Below, in pieces: positions 45,161 to 55,280 of a stretch of DNA of 64,000 nt; the stretch's first letter is position 1, and each line of letters begins with the position of its first letter. The notes beneath the pieces are model-generated. The model saw only the letters and a list, made by a program, of their open reading frames with translations. It had not been told where the DNA came from and did not search any database. The position numbers and the translations under genes are program-made. Origin of the DNA: Flectonema sp. DT1601 (Eukaryota); the NCBI GenBank assembly GCA_964019425.1, contig OZ025804.1, forward strand, positions 62,001 through 126,000, in the 5' to 3' direction.

Positions 45161-48100
45161 TTTTTTTTTTTTTTTTTGGTTACACTCGTCTGTGCTACCA
45201 AACTCTTTGTTTTTGTTCTTTTCACTTCTATGTTTTGTCTTTCTTTAATACTTTCTTTTTGACTTAAGTCTGACAAATTGGAAAACACGGGAAACATAGG
45301 TAGGCTCCGCCTGAGGACGTAAGAAGAGCGGCAACGGAAAAAATAAATGGTCACGCGTCCTTGAAATTGGACACATGAAGCTAATTCGGTTACCATTCCT
45401 ACCATCGATAAGGAAAAACAAAGAATCGAGCATATAACTAGAGCGGTGGTCAAAGACCACTTGAACAGCCCGAAGGCCTGCCCTCAAGAGAAATTTATAA
45501 GGAGAATAGGAGAAGAAGGAGACAGGAGTGTTGGATGAGACACTGCGACAACACCGAAGGTGATGTGCAGTTACCCAACCAGGAGATGATTGATAATGAT
45601 GAAAATACTAAAATAATAACAAATTGATATTGGCGACTACATGTCACCTACTTTACTTCCAAAGTCTAAGGTTAGATGTTTGTTCCATCCACCTTATGAT
45701 CAACGCGAGTGATGGAAGCCACGCCAAAGTGAAGAGAGCTTCAAGGTTAGGAATTTCGTTGGCAATAATAAGTTCTCGATCGCGATCCCACTTGCCGGTC
45801 AGTGTTGAGAAGCCCAGGATTTTGAACCTGGCCGAGTCGAGTTTGGGAGATTGACATCCCTGCAGCAGGTGAACCTGTGAGGACGGTTCGCCACAAAATG
45901 GGCAGTCGATCGTCTTGCGCCAGTTCTGAATTAGCGGGTGACATCCTGTCCGGAAGTTCGCTATCCGTATCTCGTCGGCCCAGGAGGGTATTTGACGGAA
46001 CGGCCTCTGATGAGGTGTTTGTAGCAGGTGTAACCACTCACGTTAAGCATCCTTCTTGATGCAGCGCTTAACATGTGATGATCGCGAGAAGTAAGTGCCT
46101 TTGACTAGCACAGGTCGGATGTTCTTGTTGTGCGCCGCTTCCTTTGCAAGCGCGTCAACTTCATCGTGAAACTCGATTCCAATGTGCGAGGGGATGAATT
46201 GTAAATGCACTTTCATCTCACACATGCGCAGGTATTCCAGTATCTTGAGGGACTCGGTATTCCTCTGTCTGCACCTTCCACCCAGCAGTTCATCCAGAAG
46301 GGATTTTGAGTCCGTGAATATCTCACAGATCTCATTGAAGGATCTTTGCTAAACACTGTTCTCAGATGTCTAGCCGCGTTCTTCAGAGCATGTTGTTCAG
46401 CCCTGTAGCTGCAGTCAGCTTGATAAAGCCTAGACGCGTAAGCAGATCGAAGGCCGCTACGTGACTTGGCAATATGAGCCGCACCGGCCGCGCCGGAAGC
46501 AGAGTAGGAGCCATCGCAGTTGATTACCATGTCGACAGGAGGTAACGTTCCAATGTACGACATGAATTTTTCTTTGTCCACCGCAGGGTTCGCGGACTTC
46601 GGAAATCCGCAGCCGTTGCTAATCCTAAGGTTTGTCGGAGATACCCAGGGTTCCATCGAGTCAGGCTGTACAAGGCACTGGCTTTCACGCTGGCTGTCAA
46701 TGCCAGGAAGGAGGCCAGCCCAGTAGCTTTGGGTTGAGGCGAGTCTGTTGGTACTAGGTATCCAAGTCATGGCTTTATACCTGTAGTACGCTATCTTGGT
46801 TTGCTTTTCAATCTGACGTTTAAAAGGAAGCATGTCCGCTTCCCACAGTAGAAGTTCTCTCGGTGTGCACCTGCTGCATCCAGTAACCAGCCTGGCAACC
46901 TTCCTCAGTTCGAAATCAATACTATCAACGCTGTTGCTTATCAACCAACCAAAGCTATCGAGCGCATAAGAGATTCTCGCAGTTACGTAAAGGTTCTTGA
47001 CCATATTTAGCGTTTTGTAGTCAAGATCATACGGTTGAAGGCATTGAAGCAGAGATATTCCCTTTTTCAGTTCTTCATGAATCTTAGCCACCTGTTTGTG
47101 GAAAGTGAGTCTGTCGTCGATGTGAACTCCGAGGTATTTCACTGAGTCCACGATTGGCAACAGAAATGCGGTTTTAAATCTGGCTTTCACCACCATCACG
47201 TTGTCTTCGAGAACAATATTCCGCAACATCACGTTGTCAAGTTCATCTTGCGTTTTGATCGGAGTTCCATCAACCTCGAGAATAGTTTCGCCGCTTTGAA
47301 GCATGGGTCTAGAAGAGTTTAAGTTGATACTCTTTTCAATGTCACTATAGTCCATTTTGATAACGTTTTCCACAACAGATCTGGAAAACAGTAATTCGCG
47401 ATTGCAGGTGTCGTTGAGAATCGTATCCTTCGTACGGACTTTCATCTTAAGAGCACAGGTCTTTGAGACCGACAGGGCCATGTCGTTGTCAGAACACCAT
47501 TGATCCACTTTATCAAGTATTATTTGGGCATTTGAAAGAGCTTCTTCCATGTTATGCCAGATACTACACATGCTGTATCATCCGCATACAGAGCAGACGT
47601 CGTTGTTTCTTTCTCCAGTTCCAAAATCTTGCAGAGGTCATCAACGTAGATAAGATAGAGAAGAGGACCCAGGATCGATCCCTGGGGAACCCCCTTAGCC
47701 AGAGTACGGAATTCGCTAAAATAACCATTCGCTTCAACTCTAACCTTCCTGTTTGTAAGAAAGTCTGTGATCCATCTGATAATAACATTCGGAACACCCA
47801 TCTTTACCAATTTTAATAAAAGTATCTTATGGTTGATCCTGTCAAACGCAGCAGTAAAATCAAACGATAAGAACACCGATCTCTTTCTCTTCATGTGCAT
47901 CCTTACGACGGCATCTACCAAAACGGTGATCTGTTCGCAGGTATTTCTCCCCCTTCTGAATCCAGCCTGTAGTGGGCTGAGTGACGAATGTTTTGTGAGC
48001 CAGTGCATGAGTCGGTCATACACGAGCCTCTCCGCAAGTTTCCCAACAACCGATGTGAGCGTAATGGGTCTGAAACTCTTCAGTTCATTACGAGGTTTTC

Positions 48101-48335
48101 CAGCCTTGAACATAGGCTTGATTAAACCTTGTTTCCACTGGTACGGTACTTTTGAAGTCTTCCAAGAAGTGTTAATAATTCTCAGGAGGTATTCCACTGT
48201 TGCCGGAGTGAAGTTTTTGATCATCTCATTGTGAACTCCATCAGGTCCTGCAGCCTTGCGGGTCTTCAGGTTCTTAATCGCTGCTTCAATTTCAGCCATT
48301 GTGAAATCACAGCAAATATCCATTTTATTATCACC
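45161..48335 (-). mobile_element. ingi/I-like LINE (family A), copy 2: frameshifted RT + RNase H, interrupted upstream of the RT
   Basis: RT motifs KAAGPDG, FRPITLTS, QAGFRRGR, DFTAAFD, GVPQGSILGPLL, YADD and KYLGVHID. Same 3' UTR and poly(A) as copy 1. Confidence 0.92.
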
Positions 48336-49597
48336 TTTTTTTTTTTTGAGTGCACCACGACCCGTGAGTCTGCGATGCTGATTGCGCTGTTAGGCGCGGC
48401 CGTTCTTTTTCTTTCTTTCTTTCTTACTTTCTTTGTTTTGGGGGTTGGGGGTGGGAATCCCGTAGGCTTCGTATCTCCTTTCTTTGTTTTGATAACTTAA
48501 AACTAATACTACATTATTAATTGTCCACTTGGACGACTTCAGATGTGTTGCAATAATGCCTTCAATGTTGATATTCGAAATGTCGATGTTTTAATAATAC
48601 TACCGTCCTAATAGTTGTGCCAGTCTGTCTAAGGTTGTGACAAAACCAGTCATCTGCTGTTGATTAGTAGGTAAGTAGCAGTCCTCCAGTTGGCATGCTT
48701 CCTCTCCCTTGTCATTCATCATGTGACTGATGTATTTTTCCCTCAAGGTTTCTATACACCAATGTTCGCATATAAATAATACATGATGTGCTGTCGCCTT
48801 TCCAAGTTTACAGAAAAAGCACAGCTCGTTCAGTCCTTTGATTATCAGAGATCTGCAATGTCCCACTCTAAAGCGTGACATCAGTACTTCCTCTGGTCGT
48901 GTTAGAGCTTCGATGTACGGAGGGTGTCTTACCTCTCCCGGTCCGATCCAGTTCTCCCTTTTTCTCCGCTTGTGAAACGTCATCAATGTTCCCATGTCAA
49001 GTTGAGTGGGCAGTTGTTTAATAATAACATCTTCGTGAGGTGGATCTTCCTTCAGGCCTGCAGCGAATTTCGCCAGTTGGTCCGCTACTTCGTTGTACCG
49101 CACGTTTCTGTGTGCCGGTACATACTGCATGTTGACTTGGATTCCCTTCTTCTCCAATTTCATTGCCAACTTCCAGATCCTCTTGTTCATTGGGGACCTT
49201 TGTTTATATGGCCCTTGTTCCAATGCCTGCATGACTGACATCGAATCAGTCAGCAGGTGCGTCGTTGCTGTTAGAGATTCATGTTCATCCTCCGCCACCT
49301 GAACTAAATTTTCCAACGCCATTTTCACTGCAATCTGCTCGGTCCTATACGAGGAACCCGCTACTGGTATTTTATATCCAAGTAGACGCATCTTGCTTTC
49401 TTTTACTATGACCACAGCGGCAGCCGAGTCTGTCATGTAAGTCTCGGATTTGTGTCTTATCGACCCGTCAGTGTAGACTTTCATCTCGTGAGTTGGTAGT
49501 TCAGTTTCTCGCTGTTCAGCCTCTTCCTTGTTACTTGAATATGTGAATCTCATCGCATTAGTACTTTTCCATGGAGGGAGAGTGTAGTGAAGAAAAG

Positions 49598-49599
<2 letters not shown>
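48336..49599 (-). mobile_element. Second RNase H-bearing LINE (family B), 3' fragment with 3' UTR and poly(A)
   Basis: PPW...YTDGS, SSYRTEQIAV, TDSMS, YVPAH....NEVADQLAK, CFFC..HH...C. T run at 48336-48347. Confidence 0.85.
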
Positions 49600-49628
<29 letters not shown>

Positions 49629-50835
49629 CGCCGAAGCGAAGATGCCGGGAAGAAACCACATGCTAGTACATTTCTTTTACTTTTCTTTGTCTGCTGGAAT
49701 TCTATCTGAGAAAACCGGTAGTCTTTAAAATTGTAAGCCAAGTACAAGTTGCCTCCTGACGGGTATATTGTGGGTAGTTAGAAAACGTTGCGCTCCAAAA
49801 TATAACAAGACTCTACTCCACCCGCATCAGGCACATCTCTTGTCTTAGCCCTAGCATGCTACGTTGGAACATTGTCACCAGCCCGGTGGACCAAGTTGTA
49901 ATTATTGCCCCTGGTTTACTCATCACTCTTCCGTGTGACGGCGGTTATTCCCTAATAACCTGTTGTATGCTTTACCTAAGTCTTTTACTTTTTTCTTCTT
50001 CGCACGCTGTCGGTTTCCACCTTCGATGCAGTCAATCTTGTTCCGCCTTGGTTGTTTTTAGAAGAGCTAAGCTAAGTGGCAAGGTTTCACTAACAGATCG
50101 ACTTTTTGTCAGCATCTCAGGCTTCTTTTTGCCGAGGACGTGCGGCTTTCTTTGAGGTCTCACAGTGACACTTTTAAAAGAAGTTATCTATTCCGGTGGG
50201 TATAAAAAAGGGGGGGGGGTGAGGAAGGGGGCGGGTGAGTACACCCACAGATCTCAGCGGTCATCTTTAAGTCTCTTTCCTGGGCTCAGGCTAGTCCTCC
50301 CTGAGTCCGCTGAACTGTATGGCGATATCTTCTTCTTTGTCTTCTCGTTCGAGGATGGGCACGACCTCGTCCTCCTGTGTCTTGGTGTACTGTCTGGGTG
50401 ATCCAAGGCTCTGGAGGCGGTCTCCACTCCGGCGGTCCAGCATCTTCGGCAGGTGGTTATCTGGCACTTCGTGCATCTGCTCCTGAACCATTTCCGTTGT
50501 AACAATCTATGGCAGAAGTCGCATTTGACCCTTGGTCCCTTTTGCAACGGCGGTGCATGGTCACATGTCGGTCGGGTATCTTCGGTATCGTTTGTGGAGA
50601 CATCGGAGCTACTTGTCCCCGTCCGGGGTGGGCTGCTCCTCGCTCTTCTGGTCTTCGGCGTCGGATCTTCTGTAGAGCTGTTATGGCTGTCGAGGTCTAG
50701 CGTTCTGGCCACAGGGGGTAAACTGTTTGATTTTGTACGTAAAATACAAATGTTTTGTATCATAAAAAACATAACGATAATTTAACATTAGTTCTGAGAT
50801 ACAGTGACTAGGTGTGATGCTTAACTTAGCCTTTT

Positions 50836-50973
50836 AAAGTAACTATTAGGTTTCGAGAGTAATCCATATACCTCTTACCTCTATTCTCTCATCATCAGTA
50901 TGGTGTAGAAGTAAGTCAATCATCTGTTGTGACTGAAGCATCTTAGTTAGCAAGACTAGGATGTAGTTACTTT
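50836..50973 (-). ncRNA. Structured RNA with a hammerhead-like core (copy 2)
   Basis: Core matches 6092-6158 except for one extra U after CUGAUGA. Same enclosing stem. Confidence 0.55.
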
Positions 50974-51076
50974 GTTATAATGTTTATAAAAAAAAACATT
51001 CTTCTTGTTATTACTAGTTCGTAGCGCACTACTAGTGGAGCACTCTTCTACAATAAATGTAGAAAGTATAAGATGA

Positions 51077-54000
51077 TTAATTATCAAGATCTGATGCATA
51101 ATCTGATACATCTTCAAAATCATGTAAAACAGGAGTCGAAGGAGTATCTAAGATGTTCGTAACGTTCTCTTTATCTTCACTTTTAGGTGTGTTGATATCT
51201 TCTTGTTTGGCTCGTTTCTTACGTACATCTTTTCTTAGTAGCGGCTGCATAGGACTTTCAGAATTTAATCTCTTTGTATATTTCGACTTCTCCTTCTTTT
51301 TTGCTGAAGCGACTAGCATCTTATTAACCTCAACTTTGATCTTGCGTTTACTTTTAGATCCGTTCTTATTCTCTAACTTTTTTCTCTTGTCCTTGTCCAT
51401 GTATCCATTAAATTCGATTATTGGAATCGGACTTTCAGAATTTAATCTTTTGCGGGTATCTCTTTTTGGTGTAGTTAGTGTACTATCCTCTTTCTCAAGA
51501 ATTTGTGTTACTAGTTTTGCACCTCTTTTAATAGACCGCATGTTTAGTTTCTTCTTCTCCTTGATGACCATTGTGATCTTGTTGGAGCCATCACTGTTGT
51601 TAACTTCATACGTTGTATTATCATGATCCATGTAATATGGAAAGTCCTTTGAGGCTCTGAATATTGCGCATATGTGGACATGATCAATAATTGATTTTTT
51701 AGTCTTGAAGCAATATTTACATTTCCTCTTGATATGCGTTGTATCTTTGTAGGATGGTTCTGACGAGGATGTTGTAGTTGGCACGTCGGTCATTGAGTTC
51801 TCAACTATTGTATTAACTTCTGTTGCCTTTTCTAGTTCAACATGCGACGTTGTCTCATCTTTCTTACTTCCGGTTTCATCTTTAAGTTGGGGAAGTATCT
51901 TACTAGATTCTTCATTGATAGGTTCCGATGTTTTATCCTTAATCTGCGTATGTGATTGCGTAATGACTTTAATTCTAGGGATAGTTGACTCGTGAGATCC
52001 ATTATTGAAAGCTTTCTTTTTGGATTGCTTCATAGCATGTTTATGAGACAGTATATTGGACTTTTTGTTACGTTTTGAACAAGGTTCAAGGGTATCACTT
52101 AAACTTTCCGGCATTGAAGTTACGGGGTTCATACTATCTTCTGTGTCTATGACAACAGTGTTATTTCGTGTTGCTGTTTTCGGAGTTGTAACTTTTAACG
52201 ATGGTGCAGTGTATGTTGTAACAATCTTGTTAGGTTGCCTATTCATTGCTAAATCATAAATAAGCTCCCGATTGTGTCCATTCCAACAAGTTAGTGGTTC
52301 TTGTGGGACAATCTTGTTGGTTGTCGGAGTTTTGATTTTGCCTCCCGACTTTTGTTTTACCGGTGTTTCAAACACATGTCGATGTTCAGGTGTTTCTAAA
52401 CACGGTGGTGATATAGCCTCAGTCGCAATGAGACTATTGTTTCTGACCTCCATATGAACATTAGTTTGTGGTGGTGAAGCAAGTTCGTTTGCGTTGATAC
52501 TGTTGTTGTTGATCACTATAGGCATATGAATACCAGTCTGCGGTGGTGAAATATACTCGAATGTCTCGAGACTGTTGTTGTTAATTACCGTATGAACACC
52601 CGTATGTGGTGGTGCAATAGGCTCAATTATGTTGAGATCATTGTTATTGATCAACATATGTACATCCGTTTGTGGTGGTGATATCTCGTTGTAGCTATTG
52701 TTATCGACATCGGTAAGGCAAGTTTTATGAATTGAGTCGTTACTCTTTTTCTTGGGACTTATAAGAGTATCCACATGTGGTGGTGGGATGATGTCAATAT
52801 CATATAGACTTCTGTTATTGACGGCAATCATCGTGTCAATATCAATATCCATCCGAGTTGGTGAAGTAACATCTGTTGGACTCTTAGTATCATGGATAGT
52901 TGGCGGTGAGATGGCAACAATGTCGTCCCCGTTGTGATAGACTTGTGGGGGTGAGATGGCAGCAATTGTATTTACCTTGTATATTCTCGGAGGTGATACC
53001 GCCATGATTTGACACCCAGATGAGCTGTGATATAGGTTACGAAAGTTTGGGATGGTTGGTATAATCTGCGGTGTTGCAATTATAAGTGTTGTATTTTCGT
53101 AATTAAATTGTGTATCCGTATTATAAAGTGGACCAGTTAGAATAGTGGTCATTGGTGATTCCATATGTACATCGGTATTTGGTGTAGCATATTCCATATG
53201 ACATAAGTTAGTATTCTGATTGGTGTTCAAGATATGATTGGGAAACTTAGTGAGCTTTGTGGTTCCACTTACAAAATCATTTGACTTTTGATCTTCAGAA
53301 GTTATGTAATCAGTGATGTCGAAGTGAGTATTAGATTTAGAAGCCTTGTTAGCAACAACTATTGCTTCCTTATCGTCCAAATCCACATCTTGCTGACCTA
53401 TTTTTGGATCTAGGTGTGTATCTATCTCTGGATCTTGAGTGACTTCCTTTGGATCTTGAGTGACTTCCTTTGGATCTTGAATGACTTCCTTTGGATCTTG
53501 AGTGACTTCCTTTGGATCTTGAATGACTTCCTTTGGATCTTGAGTGACTTCCTTTGGATCTTGAATGACTTCCTTTGGATCTTGAGTGACTTCCTTTGGA
53601 TCTTGAATGACTTTCTTTGGATCTTGAATGACTTCCTTTGGATCTTGAATGACTTTCTTTGGATCTTGAGTGACTTCCTTTGGATCTTGAATGACTTTCT
53701 TTGGATCTTGAATGACTTTCTTTGGTTCTTGAATGACTTCCTTATGAGTAGTATTTTCATTCGAAGATCCTAAATCCAATGGATCTGTGGCTTTAGCTGT
53801 TGTAGAGATATCATCCTCTTCAAATTTCTGTAACATCTCGTATAACAGTGCTGTGTCATCGTTATCATTCGTCTTTTGACTAAGAGTATCTTTCTCTTGT
53901 TTGTTTTCCATGTGGGGCTCCATTGTTGGATAGTCGAGGTTCGGAAATTGGAGTTTTTCCATAGGATTGTTTTTTGTAGGGCAGAATGCGAAGTGATAGT

Positions 54001-55280
54001 CAAATGTTTCCAAAGGATATATCCTGGCAATGTCATTCCACGTTTCATAACTTGGAGTGTGTTGAATGATATCATATCCTGTATACTCTGTATCTTTTCC
54101 GATAAATAAGATATAGTGAGTGTATGCTAATCTACGTGTAATTATAACGAATGGAAAGCGTTTTAGGTTTTGTTCTTTGAGTATATTGTTGACTTTATCT
54201 AAATCTTCTGCGCTGGTACAATGGTGTATTTCTAAGGACAGATGAATCTTGATTGTCTCATATATGACTAATTGGTGAAACCATCCATCAGGATTGAATT
54301 GAAACATTTCAACCAATCCTAACCACTTCATTTCTTGTGTTGCCAACTCATCTTGAATCTTAAAGACTTTAGATATCTGAATTCTCTCGATGTTCAGATA
54401 ATCAGCCATAAAATTAATGGTGGCCCAACCACACTCACCGCTGTTAAGGCCTTCAGCTGGTTTAGTGTGCATAGAAATAGGAAACCTTTTATCGATCGAA
54501 ATATCCCATTCAGGACCTCTATCATTCTTCATAACCGGTTTATCAGTCTGAGATTTTTCCGTTTCATCTTCTTGCGTTTCTGTGGTCTTATCTGTCATAA
54601 CTACATCAGTATCTGATGTGTTAGGAGTTGACTTCCCTTCTGTTGTAACTTCCGCCGATTTTCCAGGCGTGTCAACCTTGAGGAAGATTTTTTGAATATT
54701 ACTTTCCGTATATTTACTTGTAATTGGAAAATAATAACCTCCATTCGTACGACCAACAACCATGTGACATTCGTGATTCACATGTTTGTTAATTATTTCA
54801 CGGGTTGTCTTACCCTGGTCGTATGATAGAATACTGATGTTAACAGGTAGTATTTTGTCGAAGTCTTTGCAAAATTTGGTTACTTTAAATATCCCATTGC
54901 GATATTTAATATCCAAAGCATCAATCTGTGTCTCAGTGTTCTTGTTTATTGCGGTGGAACATATTAGACATTGATCTGGATTGTTAGTGATTGAGTGACT
55001 TGCAATCCGGAATGCAGTAACCATGGTGTTATTACATTTTTTGAGTTTTGCATACCCAACGTTCTTATCGAGTAACATGTTATAAATGTCATCTCGTCCA
55101 TTCAGTTTGTAGTACTGTTGGATTGTTTTCTTCTCAGAGGTGACGGGTAGTTCCTTGTCATATCTCCAATTTGTCTTGAAAAAGAATTGCTGGAGGTTAT
55201 CTCTCTGTTTCGGAAAATCCCAGTATGTACTAAGAATGAAATCTTTGTATTGTGGGAAGAGGCTCTTCTTCGAGTACCCT
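51077..55280 (-). CDS. Large ORF of the nested element (1333 aa from first Met; frame open to the element border); Josephin-like domain, heptad repeats, S/TP-rich tail, possible C2HC finger
   Basis: GECGWATIN...IQDELATQE...DGWFHQLVI...HYILF...GYD; (KEVIQDP)n; CKYC...HVHIC. No stop codon between 55280 and 55078 in this frame. Confidence 0.75.
53425..53740. repeat. 21-bp coding minisatellite encoding K(E/K)V(I/T)QDP
   Basis: TTTGGATCTTGA(G/A)TGACTT(C/T)C repeated ~15 times. Confidence 0.95.

Larger units (their letters stand above)
50720..55280 (-). mobile_element. 5'-truncated AT-rich element with an 11-bp TSD, long ORF (Josephin-like domain) and structured 3' end
   Basis: CCACAGGGGGT at 50709-50719 and 55281-55291. 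Removing the insert rejoins the host frame (HTPPV|ARTLDLD). Abrupt GC shift at the borders. Confidence 0.85.

Noticed and set aside
43750..45453. 567-aa ORF as a chimeric membrane protein-RNase H gene
   Set aside because: Its N-terminus is chance read-through of the neighbouring copy's 3' UTR and poly(A) (KKKKK).
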